48,325 nt of DNA, taken from contig SHXK01000004.1 in assembly GCA_009693335.1 (NCBI GenBank), positions 1-48,325 on the forward strand, given 5' to 3'. Numbering within the stretch: position 1 is the first letter of the stretch; every line of letters begins with the position of its first letter. The notes beneath the pieces were generated by a model, which was not told where the DNA came from, did no database searches, and was given only the letters and a program-made list of their open reading frames with translations. Shown here one piece after another: positions 37,382 to 48,325 of the stretch. Both the position numbers and the translations under genes were made by a program. The DNA is from Betaproteobacteria bacterium (GTDB taxonomy: Bacteria > Pseudomonadota > Gammaproteobacteria > Burkholderiales > SG8-39).

Positions 37382-38143
37382 TTATTCCTTGGCGGCCGGT
37401 TTTTCCGTTGCTTGGTCGGCTGCGGCCTGCGCCATCTTGAAATCGAGCACGCCCTCGTACAGAGCCCGACCGGTGATTGCCCCGACCACGCCCTCAGGGG
37501 CGAGTTTGCTGCAGATGGTGCGCACGTCGTTCAGACTGTTCAGACCGCCACTGGCAATGATCGGCGTCTTGATGGCCCGCGCCAGCTTCAGTGTGGCATC
37601 GATGTTCACGCCGGTCATCATGCCGTCGCGCCCGATGTCGGTGTAGATCAGCGCCTCAGGGCCATATTCTTCGAATTTTGTCGCCAGGTCGATGACGTCG
37701 TGGCCCGTCATCTTCGACCAGCCTTCCACCGCAACCTTGCCGTCCTTGGCGTCCAGGCCGACGATGATGTGTCCGGGAAACGCATAGCAGGCATCGGAGA
37801 GGAAGCCGGGGTTCTTCACGGCCGCGGTGCCGATGATGATGTAGGTGACACCAGCGTCTATGTAGCCCTCGATGGTGTCCAGGTCGCGGATGCCGCCGCC
37901 CAGCTGGATGGGGATTTTCTCGCCAACCGCCTTGATCATCTCGCGGATGACCTTTTCATTTTTCGGCCGGCCGGCGATCGCGCCGTTCAGGTCCACGATG
38001 TGCAAGCGTCGGGCGCCTGCGACGCACCAGTGCTTGGCCATCGCCACCGGGTCTTCGGAGAACACGGTCGCGGAGTCCATACGCCCCTGCTGCAAGCGTA
38101 CGCAGTGGCCGTCTTTGAGGTCGATTGCCGGAATGATCAGCAC
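37382..38143 (-). CDS. hisA: ProFAR isomerase
   Basis: [33 protein letters not shown]. Confidence 0.97.
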   Translation of the reverse strand: MLIIPAIDLKDGHCVRLQQGRMDSATVFSEDPVAMAKHWCVAGARRLHIVDLNGAIAGRPKNEKVIREMIKAVGEKIPIQLGGGIRDLDTIEGYIDAGVTYIIIGTAAVKNPGFLSDACYAFPGHIIVGLDAKDGKVAVEGWSKMTGHDVIDLATKFEEYGPEALIYTDIGRDGMMTGVNIDATLKLARAIKTPIIASGGLNSLNDVRTICSKLAPEGVVGAITGRALYEGVLDFKMAQAAADQATEKPAAKE

Positions 38144-38187
38144 GCGGTGCTACGAAGCGGATTCAGGAGAGCGTCAGGAAAAGGGGA

Positions 38188-38820
38188 CTAGGGCCGCCAT
38201 TGGACGAAATTGGACAGCAAACGCAAGCCGGAGTCCTGACTCTTTTCGGGATGAAACTGCACGGCAAAGATGTTATCCCGTGCCACCGCGCAGGTAAAGG
38301 TGAGGCCATAAGCGCAGGTCGCCGCCGTGATGGCGCTCGCGGCGGGCTGCGGGTAGTAGCTGTGCACGAAATAGAAGCGTGAACCGTCAGGAATCCCCTC
38401 CCAGACCGGGTGTGGACGCACTTGGCTGACCTCATTCCAACCCATATGCGGGATTTTGAGGCCGGCCATTTTTTCGTCCGTTTTGCCATCCGGGAAGCGC
38501 GGCACACGGCCCCCCAGCAGCCCCAAACCTGGCGTATCGCCTTCCTCGCCGCGCTCGAACAGCATTTGCATGCCGACGCAAATGCCAAGGAAGGGTTTGC
38601 TGCGGGCCGCCTCGATCACTGCCTCGCGCGCGCCGCTCGCCGCCAACTGGCGCATGCAGTCGGGCATCGCCCCTTGACCCGGCACCACGACGCGTTCGGC
38701 CGCGCGAATTGCCTCTGGGTCGGCAGTGACCCGCACCTCGGCCTGCGGCGCGACCCGCTCCAGGGCCTTCGACACGGAACGCAGGTTGCCCATGCCGTAG
38801 TCAAGCACTGCAATTTTCAA
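38188..38820 (-). CDS. hisH: Imidazole glycerol phosphate synthase glutaminase subunit
   Basis: [30 protein letters not shown]; TTG start. Confidence 0.96.
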   Translation of the reverse strand: MKIAVLDYGMGNLRSVSKALERVAPQAEVRVTADPEAIRAAERVVVPGQGAMPDCMRQLAASGAREAVIEAARSKPFLGICVGMQMLFERGEEGDTPGLGLLGGRVPRFPDGKTDEKMAGLKIPHMGWNEVSQVRPHPVWEGIPDGSRFYFVHSYYPQPAASAITAATCAYGLTFTCAVARDNIFAVQFHPEKSQDSGLRLLSNFVQWRP

Positions 38821-39408
38821 CTAAAGCGAACCTTTTGTTGAAGGCACCGAACCCAGTGCGAGCGGGTCGACTTCGGCGGCCATGCGCAGCGCGCGCGCAA
38901 AGGCCTTGAACATGGTCTCGCACTGGTGATGCGCGTTGTCGCCGCGCAGGTTGTCGATATGCAGCGTCACTTGGGCATGATTGACGAAGCCCTGAAAGAA
39001 TTCGTGCACCAGATCAGCATCGAATTCGCCGATCAGCGCGCGCGTGAACTTGACGTCATAAGTGAGCCCCGGACGACCCGAGAAATCGATCACCACCCGT
39101 GTCAACGCCTCGTCCAGCGGCACATAGGCATGGCCGAAGCGACGGATGCCGGATTTATCGCCGAGCGCCTGGTAGAAGGCCTGACCGAGGGTGATACCGA
39201 TGTCCTCAACCGTGTGATGGGCGTCGATGTGCAGGTCGCCCTTGGCTTCCACCTCGAGATCGAGCATGCCGTGGCGCGCGACCTGCTCGAGCATGTGCTC
39301 GAGGAACGGGATGCCGGTAACCAGCCTGGCCGCGCCCTTGCCGTCCAGGTTCAGCTGGACGCGGATTTGCGTCTCTTTGGTATTTCGTTCGACTACAGCG
39401 GTTCTCAT
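38821..39408 (-). CDS. hisB: Imidazoleglycerol-phosphate dehydratase
   Basis: [31 protein letters not shown]. Confidence 0.97.
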   Translation of the reverse strand: MRTAVVERNTKETQIRVQLNLDGKGAARLVTGIPFLEHMLEQVARHGMLDLEVEAKGDLHIDAHHTVEDIGITLGQAFYQALGDKSGIRRFGHAYVPLDEALTRVVIDFSGRPGLTYDVKFTRALIGEFDADLVHEFFQGFVNHAQVTLHIDNLRGDNAHHQCETMFKAFARALRMAAEVDPLALGSVPSTKGSL

Positions 39409-39428
39409 TTCAGCGCCTCGTGCAATGC

Positions 39429-39474
39429 ATTAGAGGGATTCGCGCACTGCGATTAGAGGGATTCGCGTACTGCG
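39429..39474. repeat. 23-bp tandem duplication of the hisC 3' end including its stop codon
   Basis: ATTAGAGGGATTCGCGCACTGCG (39429-51) then ATTAGAGGGATTCGCGTACTGCG (39452-74); one mismatch. Confidence 0.85.
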
Positions 39475-40544
39475 CTCAGCAGTATACGGTTTTCCTCAGG
39501 CGTGCCGATGGTCAGCCGTAGGCAGTTCTCCAGCAATGGATGGCCGCCCGAGAAGTCCTTCACCAGCACGCCCTGGTCCTTCACCCGCTCGAAGACGCGC
39601 GTCCCGGCGCCCTTGCCGCCGGCAACACGCGCCAAAAGGAAATTTGCCGCCGATGGAAATATCGTCAGTCCGGCCAGGCGCGTCAGTTCGGAACGCACGC
39701 GTTCCCGCTCTTCGAGCACCTTGGCCGCCTGCGCGTCCAGCACCGATTTGTTCTGCAGCAGCTTGATCGCCACCGCTTCGGTCAGCACGTTGATGTTGAA
39801 CGGCGAGCGGGTTTTGTCAAAAGAGCCAATCCACTCCGGGCGGCCGCAGACATAACCCAGCCGCAGTCCCGCCATGCCGATCTTGGAGACGGTGCGCATC
39901 ACCACCATGTTCTCGAACTCGGCCAAGCGCGGCATGAAGGTCACCCCAGCGAAGGGCTGGTAGGCCTCGTCGATCACCACCAGGCCCGGCGCGGCGCGCA
40001 CGATGCGCTCAATATCGGCCACCGGAAAGGCATTGCCGGTCGGATTGTTGGGGAAGGCGATCCACACCAGCGCAGGTTTTTCCCTCGCCATGGCGGCAAG
40101 GAAGGCCTCGGTATCGAGGGAGAAATCCTCGCGCAGAGCGACGCCGACGAAACGCAAGCGAAGGAACAGCGCGTGCATCGCGAACATCGCGAAGGAGGGC
40201 GCCGGCGCCATCACCACCGCGCCCTCGCGGGCGACCGCTGCCGTGATGTACTGGATGCATTCATCCGAGCCGTTGCCCAGCAGCACCTCGCAGCCCTCGG
40301 GAACCTGCATCACCTCGTGGATCAGGGCGCGAAGTTTGTGCGCGCTCGGCACCGGATAACGGTTCAAAGCCAGCTTCGAGACGATGTCGCCGATCTCCGC
40401 AGCCAGATCCTGTGGCAGCCGGTACGGGCTTTCCATGACGTCCAGCTTCACCAAGCCGGCCGCATCGGACACCGCATAGGCCTGCATGGCCTGTATCTCA
40501 GGCCGTATGACCTTGGCTACGATGGCCTTGGCTGGGGTGCTCAT
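39453..40544 (-). CDS. hisC: Histidinol-phosphate aminotransferase
   Basis: [32 protein letters not shown] (PLP Lys); start 40544. Confidence 0.95.
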   Translation of the reverse strand: MSTPAKAIVAKVIRPEIQAMQAYAVSDAAGLVKLDVMESPYRLPQDLAAEIGDIVSKLALNRYPVPSAHKLRALIHEVMQVPEGCEVLLGNGSDECIQYITAAVAREGAVVMAPAPSFAMFAMHALFLRLRFVGVALREDFSLDTEAFLAAMAREKPALVWIAFPNNPTGNAFPVADIERIVRAAPGLVVIDEAYQPFAGVTFMPRLAEFENMVVMRTVSKIGMAGLRLGYVCGRPEWIGSFDKTRSPFNINVLTEAVAIKLLQNKSVLDAQAAKVLEERERVRSELTRLAGLTIFPSAANFLLARVAGGKGAGTRVFERVKDQGVLVKDFSGGHPLLENCLRLTIGTPEENRILLSAVRESL

Positions 40545-41833
40545 CGTCGCTTTTCCACTCGCATGTCCGCAGATCTGGCGTGCGCGTAGAGGCCCTCGGC
40601 GTGCGCCAAGTCGGAGGCGAGGCGCCCGAGCCTGCGCGCGCCTGGTCGCGACACCTTGATCAGGCTGCTGCGTTTCTGGAAATCGTAAACGCCCAGTGGC
40701 GAGGAAAAGCGCGCGCTTGCCGAGGTCGGCAGGACGTGGTTCGGGCCGGCGCAATAATCGCCGATGGCTTCCGAGCTCCAGCGACCGAGAAAGATCGCGC
40801 CGGCATGGCGCAACTTCGGCAGCAGGGCCTGCGGCTTGGCCACCGCCAGCTCCAGGTGCTCGGGGGCGATCCGGTTCGCTATCTCGCAGGCCTCAAGAAG
40901 GCCGCGCGTTTCGATCAAAGCGCCCCGGCCGGCCAGCGAGGTTTCGATGATCTTGCGCCTGGGCATTTCCCGGATCAAGCGGCGCATCGCCGCCTCGACC
41001 TGGTCCAGATAGGCGCGTCTGGGCGACAGTAAAATCGCCTGCGCCAGTTCGTCATGCTCGGCTTGCGCGAAAAGATCCATCGCCACCCAGTCGGCGGGAG
41101 TGCTGCCATCGCTGATGATCAAAATCTCGGAAGGCCCGGCGATCATGTCGATGCCAACCTGGCCGAACACCTGGCGCTTGGCTTCCGCGACATAGGCATT
41201 GCCCGGCCCGACTATCTTGTCGACGCGCGGCACCGAGCGCGTGCCATAGGCTAGCGCCGCGACTGCCTGCGCGCCGCCGATCCCGATGACGCGGTCCACG
41301 CCCGCAATGTCCGCCGCCGCGAGCACCAGCGGGTTTGGTTGCGGGCTCACCATCACCACCTCCGCCACCCCCGCGACTTTGGCCGGGATCGCGCTCATCA
41401 GCACCGAAGACGGATAAGCCGCTTTGCCGCCAGGCACGTAGAGACCGACGCGCTCCAGCGGCGTCACGATTTGGCCTAGCTGTGTGCCATCGGCTTCGGT
41501 GTATTTCCAGGACCGCGACAACTGGCGTTGGTGAAAACGGCGGATACGTGCCGCCGCCTGGACCAGCGAGGCGGCATCTTTTTCCGGCAGACTGTTCAAT
41601 GCGGCGCGCCACTGCGTGCGCGGCACCTCCAGGGTCGCCACCGCAGCCACCTTCACCCGGTCGAAACGGCGCGCATACTCGAGCACTGCCGCATCGCCGC
41701 GCCTGCGTACCGCAGCGACGATCGCACGCACGACGCCGGAGATTTTCGTATCTTGGGCCGCCTCGTAGCGCGTCAGCGCCGCGAGCTTGCCGTCGAAACC
41801 GGACTGGCGCGTCGACAGGCGGCGCAATTTCAT
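40541..41833 (-). CDS. hisD: Histidinol dehydrogenase
   Basis: [41 protein letters not shown]. Confidence 0.97.
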   Translation of the reverse strand: MKLRRLSTRQSGFDGKLAALTRYEAAQDTKISGVVRAIVAAVRRRGDAAVLEYARRFDRVKVAAVATLEVPRTQWRAALNSLPEKDAASLVQAAARIRRFHQRQLSRSWKYTEADGTQLGQIVTPLERVGLYVPGGKAAYPSSVLMSAIPAKVAGVAEVVMVSPQPNPLVLAAADIAGVDRVIGIGGAQAVAALAYGTRSVPRVDKIVGPGNAYVAEAKRQVFGQVGIDMIAGPSEILIISDGSTPADWVAMDLFAQAEHDELAQAILLSPRRAYLDQVEAAMRRLIREMPRRKIIETSLAGRGALIETRGLLEACEIANRIAPEHLELAVAKPQALLPKLRHAGAIFLGRWSSEAIGDYCAGPNHVLPTSASARFSSPLGVYDFQKRSSLIKVSRPGARRLGRLASDLAHAEGLYAHARSADMRVEKRR

Positions 41834-42486
41834 GCGGGTGTTCCCTGTCTGGCGGCTTTTTGGAAGGCATCAATCAGCGGCTGCAGTTCGGCCCGGCGCG
41901 TTTTCAGCGCCGCCTGGTTGACGATCAGCCGCGCCGACACCGGCATGATCGCCTCCACCGGCACCAGCTTGTTGGCGCGCAAGGTCTTGCCGCTGGAAAC
42001 AAGGTCCACGATCGCATCGGCCAGACCAAGCAGCGGCGCGAGCTCCATCGAACCGTAGAGCTTGATCAGATCCACGTGTACGCCCTTGGCAGCGAAGTGC
42101 TCGCGCGCGATCTGGACATACTTGGTGGCGATCCGCAGGCGCGCGCCCTGGCGCACCGCGGCTGCGTAATCGTAGTTGGGCCGCGCCGCCACCATCATGC
42201 GGCAGCGGGCAATACCCAGATCCACCGGTTGGTAGAGCCCGGCGCCGCCGTGCTCAGCGAGCACGTCGCCGCCCGCGATCCCCAGTTCCGCAGCGCCGTG
42301 TCCGACATAGGTTGGCACATCGGAGGCCCGCACCACGATCAGGCGCAGGCCACGCCGTTCGGTGCCGAGGATCAGTTTGCGCGAACCTTGCGGATCTTCC
42401 TTGGGACTCGCCCCGATCCGCGCCAGCAAAGGCAGGGTCTCCTCGAGGATCCGACCCTTGGAAAGCGCGATGCTAATAGTGCCCAT
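41830..42486 (-). CDS. hisG: ATP phosphoribosyltransferase, short (HisZ-dependent) form
   Basis: [28 protein letters not shown]; 218 aa, no C-terminal regulatory domain. Confidence 0.96.
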   Translation of the reverse strand: MGTISIALSKGRILEETLPLLARIGASPKEDPQGSRKLILGTERRGLRLIVVRASDVPTYVGHGAAELGIAGGDVLAEHGGAGLYQPVDLGIARCRMMVAARPNYDYAAAVRQGARLRIATKYVQIAREHFAAKGVHVDLIKLYGSMELAPLLGLADAIVDLVSSGKTLRANKLVPVEAIMPVSARLIVNQAALKTRRAELQPLIDAFQKAARQGTPA

Positions 42487-42493
42487 AGACGCC

Positions 42494-44009
<1,516 letters not shown>

Positions 44010-44011
44010 GG

Positions 44012-44085
44012 TTATTGCCTCAGTTTGTCGCCCGAGTTGAACGGCGGCAGGCAGCCGTAAGGATCAGCAAGCTTACCGCGACCAC
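44012..44085 (-). pseudogene. C-terminal vestige of a YadH-like ABC-2 permease
   Basis: VVAVSLLILTAACRR, then a frameshift into NSGDKLRQ*, resembling the ...SGYKLR(H/Q)* end of the permease usually found between mlaB and bolA. Confidence 0.55.
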
Positions 44086-44123
44086 CTGCTGCGCGCCTTT
44101 GTGCGCGGCAGCGCGCGCGAGCG

Positions 44124-44462
44124 TCAGTGGTGGGATGAAGACGCAGGTGAGGACGAACCGGCCGCCGGCGAACCAGTCGCTTGCGATACGCACAGCAGAT
44201 CGGCGACACCGTAAAGACGGGCGATGGTGGTCAGTCCCGGCGGCAGGTTGGTGAAAACAAGAGCTCGCTTCAGTCGCTTGGCCTCCCGCAACCAGGCGAT
44301 CAGCAGCGCCAGCGCGGACGAATCCAGTTCATCGACTTCGCCTAGATCCACGCTGCGCACGCCCTGCCCGATGGCAGTGCTGCCCTCAAGCAAAACTGCC
44401 TTGACGCTAGCAAGCGTCAAGGCGCCGCTCACCAGCAGGCGATCGCCTTGGCGCCGAATCAT
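44124..44462 (-). CDS. mlaB: STAS-domain protein MlaB
   Basis: VDLGEVDELDSSALALL, IARLYGV; position in the mla operon. Confidence 0.88.
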   Translation of the reverse strand: MIRRQGDRLLVSGALTLASVKAVLLEGSTAIGQGVRSVDLGEVDELDSSALALLIAWLREAKRLKRALVFTNLPPGLTTIARLYGVADLLCVSQATGSPAAGSSSPASSSHH

Positions 44463-45115
44463 TTTTTCTGCGCGCCCGCGACCGCGGGCTGAGCCAGAGA
44501 ATTGTTCTTTGCGTACAAGGCTTTGATCAAGCCCTCGATGCCTTTCTCGCGAATCAGATTATCGAATTCGGTGCGGTAATTGGCGACCAGGCTGATACCA
44601 CCGACGCGCACATCCCAGACTTGCCAACCGGCAGGCCGCTTTTCCAGGTCGTAGTCGATGGTGACCGGCTGGTTGCCCGACTGGATGATGCGCACGTGTA
44701 CCGTGACGTCGGTGTCGGTGGGCTTGGCGCGCAGCGGACGGAATTCAAATTTCTGGTTGCTGTAGGCCGCCAGCGCGCTGGCGTAGGTGCGCACCAGCAG
44801 CGTCTTGAATTCCTCCATCAGGCGCGCTTTCTGGTCGGCGCTGGCCTTGTCCCAGTTGCGGCCCACCGCGCTCGAAGTCATCGCCTGGAAATTGAAGTGC
44901 GGCAGGACCTTGGTCTCGATGAGGGCGATGACTTTTTTACGGTCGCCCTTCTGGATGTCGCTGTCCTTCTGGATGATATCCACGACTTCGAGGGTCACGG
45001 TCTTCACCAGCAGGTCCGGCGCCTGGATCTCCGCGGGCGCCTGCGCACGCGCACCTGTGGCCAGAACAAGAGCCGCCACGGCCACCATAGCGAGCCGTAC
45101 AAACATCGGCAACAT
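44459..45115 (-). CDS. mlaC: Phospholipid-binding periplasmic protein MlaC
   Basis: Signal peptide; LPHFNF..MT..AVGRNW, LLVRTY, WDVRVGGISLVANYR; start 45115 or 45106. Confidence 0.93.
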   Translation of the reverse strand: MLPMFVRLAMVAVAALVLATGARAQAPAEIQAPDLLVKTVTLEVVDIIQKDSDIQKGDRKKVIALIETKVLPHFNFQAMTSSAVGRNWDKASADQKARLMEEFKTLLVRTYASALAAYSNQKFEFRPLRAKPTDTDVTVHVRIIQSGNQPVTIDYDLEKRPAGWQVWDVRVGGISLVANYRTEFDNLIREKGIEGLIKALYAKNNSLAQPAVAGAQKK

Positions 45116-45116
45116 C

Positions 45117-45923
45117 CTAGCCTCCGGTGCTGGCGGCGAGTGACGCCGGCTGCTCAAGCAAACGCACCGCCGCGTCCATCATCGCCGCCTCCGGCGCGCT
45201 GGCCTCGGCCCGCGGCACCGGGAACCCGGCGCGCGGCGGATTGCCGTCATACACCAGATTACGGCGGCGCTGCCGATAGGCATCGCGCTGGAACACATAC
45301 TTGTCGAGTGCGGCCTCCTCCAGGATGCGGCTCGCATCCAGTAGGTCAGCGCGCGTGCCCGTGGCGCGCAAAACCGTCAAGGCGTTGCGCGCCCGGACAG
45401 GTAGGTGGCGCAGCACCGGGTCCAGCCCGAAGTCTAAGACCAGCCCGACGCTATCGCGCACATTGCTGGAACCCAAAATCGGCCACACCAGGTATGCGCC
45501 GTCCCCCACGCCCCAGCGACCGAAAGTCTGGCCGAAGTCTTCGTCGTGCTTCTCCAGCCCGATCTCGGTGGCGACATCGATCAGGCCAAAGATGCCGACG
45601 GTGGAATTGAACGCGAAGCGCGCCCAGTCGGTGACGGTATCGGCCGGCTTGCCCTGCAACAGGTTGTTGGCGCCGATCCAGAGATCGGCGAGATTGGCGA
45701 AGAAATTGCGGACTCCGCTGCGAAGCGGGCCGGGCAGCAGGTCGCGATAGGCGCTCGCCACCGGCTTGCCAACCGCCTCGTCGAAGCCGTCGTTGAACGA
45801 ATACACCGCCCGATTGAAGCCCTCGAGCGGATCGTGGTGGTCACCGCCGGTCGTCGCACAACCCGCCACGCCCGCGAGGAGCAGCGCCAACAGGAAATGC
45901 CTCAGCATACGTTTCATCATCAC
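45117..45923 (-). CDS. mlaA: VacJ/MlaA outer-membrane lipoprotein
   Basis: Lipobox VAGC, DPLEGFNR, EDFGQTFGRWG, DKYVFQRDAYRQRR. Confidence 0.94.
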   Translation of the reverse strand: MMMKRMLRHFLLALLLAGVAGCATTGGDHHDPLEGFNRAVYSFNDGFDEAVGKPVASAYRDLLPGPLRSGVRNFFANLADLWIGANNLLQGKPADTVTDWARFAFNSTVGIFGLIDVATEIGLEKHDEDFGQTFGRWGVGDGAYLVWPILGSSNVRDSVGLVLDFGLDPVLRHLPVRARNALTVLRATGTRADLLDASRILEEAALDKYVFQRDAYRQRRRNLVYDGNPPRAGFPVPRAEASAPEAAMMDAAVRLLEQPASLAASTGG

Positions 45924-46387
45924 TTGCCGTCTTTCCCCTCAGCCGCTTTATTGAATAGGAACTGGCTAATCAGGTTTTCCAGCACGATGGCCGATTGCGT
46001 CAGCCGCAAGCGGTCGCCCTGCTTCAGCATCACCCCGTCCCCGCCCGCTTCCAGCCCCACGTACTGCTCGCCCAGCAGGCCCGCAGTAAGAATTTTCGCC
46101 GAAGTATCACGCGGAAACCGGTATTGCGCATCCACACTGAAGGTGACGATGGCTTCGTAGCTCTCGCTGTCGAAGGTGACATTCGACACGCGCCCCACGA
46201 CTACTCCTGCGCTCTTGATCGCCGCCCGCACTTTCAAACCGCCAATGTTAGCAAACTTGGCCTGCACCTGATACGTCTGGGCGGTCGAGAAGGTCAGGTT
46301 GCCGACTCTGAGAGCCAAAAACAACAGCCCGGCGAAGCCCAGGGCGACGAACACGCCGACCCAGATGTCGATGGTGGAGCGTTTCAT
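45920..46387 (-). CDS. mlaD: MCE-domain protein MlaD
   Basis: [33 protein letters not shown]. Confidence 0.95.
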   Translation of the reverse strand: MKRSTIDIWVGVFVALGFAGLLFLALRVGNLTFSTAQTYQVQAKFANIGGLKVRAAIKSAGVVVGRVSNVTFDSESYEAIVTFSVDAQYRFPRDTSAKILTAGLLGEQYVGLEAGGDGVMLKQGDRLRLTQSAIVLENLISQFLFNKAAEGKDGK

Positions 46388-47223
46388 TTTGCGTTGCCTC
46401 CGGTAAACATGAGCGCTGTGAGCACGAAATCGAGGGCCAGGATAGCCAGCGAGGAAAACACCACGGTGCGGGTCGTAGCCCCTGAGACTCCCTCCGCCGT
46501 GGGGGGGGCGTCATAGCCCTCGAACACCGCGATCCAAGTCACGGCAACACCAAACACCACGCTCTTGACGACGCCGTTCATGACGTCCTCGCGCCAATCC
46601 ACCGATGCCTGCATCTGCGACCAGAACGCGCCCTCGTCCACTCCGATCAATTGCACGCCGACCAAGTAGCCGCCGAAAATTCCCATGGCCGAAAACAGGG
46701 CCGCCAGCAGCGGCATCGAAATCACCCCCGCCCAAAAACGCGGCGCAACGACGCGAGCGATCGGGTCGACGGCCATCATCTCCATAGCGGCAATCTGCTC
46801 GGTCGCCTTCATGAGGCCGATTTCGGCCGTAATCGCCGAACCGGCCCGACTGGCGAACAGCAAGCCAGCGACCACGGGCCCGAGTTCGCGCACCAGGGAG
46901 AGCGCCACCAAGACGCCAAGCGCCTCGCTGGAGCCATAGCGCTGCAAGGTATCGTAACCCTGCAAGCCCAGCACCATCCCCACGAACAGGCCGGAAACCA
47001 GGATGATGGTCATCGACAGCACGCCCGTGAAGTAGATTTCGCGGATCGTCAGACCGAAGCGCCGGAACGCCGTGCCGGAGTGCAACAGCAGATAGGCGAA
47101 AAACCGTGCGGCGTAGCCCAGCCGCCAGATTTTCGCACTGGCCCCATGGCCGAGGCGCTCGAACCCCTGGAGGAGCCCGGCCAGCACCGTGCGGAGCCTG
47201 GCCAACACCGTGCGCTCAGCCAT
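46384..47223 (-). CDS. mlaE: ABC permease MlaE
   Basis: [38 protein letters not shown]; start 47223. Confidence 0.95.
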   Translation of the reverse strand: MAERTVLARLRTVLAGLLQGFERLGHGASAKIWRLGYAARFFAYLLLHSGTAFRRFGLTIREIYFTGVLSMTIILVSGLFVGMVLGLQGYDTLQRYGSSEALGVLVALSLVRELGPVVAGLLFASRAGSAITAEIGLMKATEQIAAMEMMAVDPIARVVAPRFWAGVISMPLLAALFSAMGIFGGYLVGVQLIGVDEGAFWSQMQASVDWREDVMNGVVKSVVFGVAVTWIAVFEGYDAPPTAEGVSGATTRTVVFSSLAILALDFVLTALMFTGGNAK

Positions 47224-48064
47224 GGCAAGCCTGCGCCGTCGCCAGGGAGCTCGACTGGGTTTCTTCCCCGTCCAGGTCCGCCTGGTAGCCCGGCGCTGGA
47301 TAGTGAAAGGGGATCGGGCCATCCGCTTCGCCGCGCACGAATTGCTGGACGAAAGACGCCGCGGAGCCCCGCAGCTCAGCCGGCGTTCCCTGGGCCACGA
47401 TCTGCCCAGCCGACACGAAATAGACGTAGTCCACGATGCCGAAGCATTCCTCGACATCGTGACTGACCACGATCGAGGACTGCCCCAACGAGTCGTTCAG
47501 GGTCCGGATCAGCCGCGCGATCACCCCCAGCGAGATCGGGTCAAGGCCAGTAAACGGCTCGTCGTAGAGCATCAGGCGCGGATCCAGGGCCACCGCGCGC
47601 GCCAGCGCCACGCGCCGCGCCATGCCCCCCGAGAGCTCCGCGGGCATCATTTGCGCCGCGCCGCGCAAGCCGACCGCTTCCAGTTTCATCATCACCAGAT
47701 CGCTGATCAACTCCGGAGGGAGATCGGTATGCTCACGCATCTGGAAAGCGACGTTGTCAAACACCGTCATGTCGGTAAACAAGGCCCCGAACTGGAACAG
47801 CATGCCCATCTTGCGGCGCAAGGCAAAGAGGCCTTCGCTGTCGAGTTCGCCCACGGACTCGCCCAGCACGCGGGTGGCGCCGGCGCCGGCCTTGAGCCAA
47901 CCGGCGATGAGGCGCAGCAGGGTGGTCTTGCCGCAGCCGGACTGACCCATGATGCCGACCACGCTGCCCGGCTCGACCCGCAGGCTCACCCCCTGCAGCA
48001 CCGGGCGAGCGGCATCGTAGCCAAATGAAACTTTGTCTATCTCGACGACGGGGAGGCCGGCCAC
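47216..48064 (-). CDS. mlaF: ABC ATPase MlaF
   Basis: [35 protein letters not shown]; GTG start at 48064 inferred. Confidence 0.93.
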   Translation of the reverse strand: MAGLPVVEIDKVSFGYDAARPVLQGVSLRVEPGSVVGIMGQSGCGKTTLLRLIAGWLKAGAGATRVLGESVGELDSEGLFALRRKMGMLFQFGALFTDMTVFDNVAFQMREHTDLPPELISDLVMMKLEAVGLRGAAQMMPAELSGGMARRVALARAVALDPRLMLYDEPFTGLDPISLGVIARLIRTLNDSLGQSSIVVSHDVEECFGIVDYVYFVSAGQIVAQGTPAELRGSAASFVQQFVRGEADGPIPFHYPAPGYQADLDGEETQSSSLATAQACHG

Positions 48065-48134
48065 GGCTGGAAAGATGCGTAAGGCAAGGGGAGGATTATA
48101 GTATCGTCGGCATGGTAGGCATGGTAAACCCTGA

Positions 48135-48325
48135 ATGTTAGCCCCCACCTTCGCACCCGCTTTTCGCGCCGAGGGGCTCGTCAAGCGCTTTGGCGCGCGA
48201 CTAGCCCTCGATGGAGTCGGCATGGAAATCGGCTCCGGCGTCGCGATGGGCCTGGTCGGCGCCAACGGCGCGGGCAAGACCACTTTCCTCAAGTGCGCCC
48301 TCGATCTGTGCGCCGCCGACGCTGG
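48135..48325 (+). CDS. ABC transporter ATP-binding protein, 3'-truncated by window edge
   Basis: MLAPTFAPAFRAEGLVKRFG...LVGANGAGKTTFLK (Walker A); not in the ORF track. Confidence 0.8.
   Translation, partial: MLAPTFAPAFRAEGLVKRFGARLALDGVGMEIGSGVAMGLVGANGAGKTTFLKCALDLCAADA

Noticed and set aside
41830-42486. Short hisG as a possible truncation
   Set aside because: The short HisZ-dependent form is normal in this group
48109-48126. 9-bp tandem repeat (GGCATGGTA)x2 between mlaF and the ABC gene
   Set aside because: Short, seen once, plausibly slippage; no supporting context

Overview
This is a high-GC bacterial chromosomal window. Gene order suggests a betaproteobacterium (Burkholderiales-like): mlaFEDACB-bolA-murA-hisGDCBHAFIE-HIT-tatABC / degQ / petABC-sspAB-tRNA-Thr. 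The left ~28 kb is metabolic. It holds the 3' end of a fused indolepyruvate:ferredoxin oxidoreductase, a TctC-flavin monooxygenase-CMD-queuosine transporter run, hppD-hmgA, a beta-oxidation operon with a truncated fadB/J, a carbamoylase divergent from a small-protein/amidase pair, dsbB, a cysB / sulfite reductase / siroheme locus lacking cysHDN, phaZ, fadD, paaF/paaG, ogt, fadH and a frameshifted, divergent orphan cofD-like gene that runs into tRNA-Thr(UGU). I found no CRISPR array, integrase, transposase or recognisable defence system, and I cannot support a large novel system. The best non-annotated signals are: (i) a 22-bp palindromic unit tandemly repeated just after stop codons at two loci; (ii) three 'hollowed-out' genes (fadB/J, ada-alkA, a yadH-like permease) whose surviving tails carry the ribosome-binding site of the next gene; (iii) the cofD-like orphan; (iv) a 58-aa basic ORF missed by the ORF track; (v) repeated -10-like hexamers 6 nt before ATG, suggesting leaderless mRNAs. 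Protein assignments come from remembered family motifs, not database searches.
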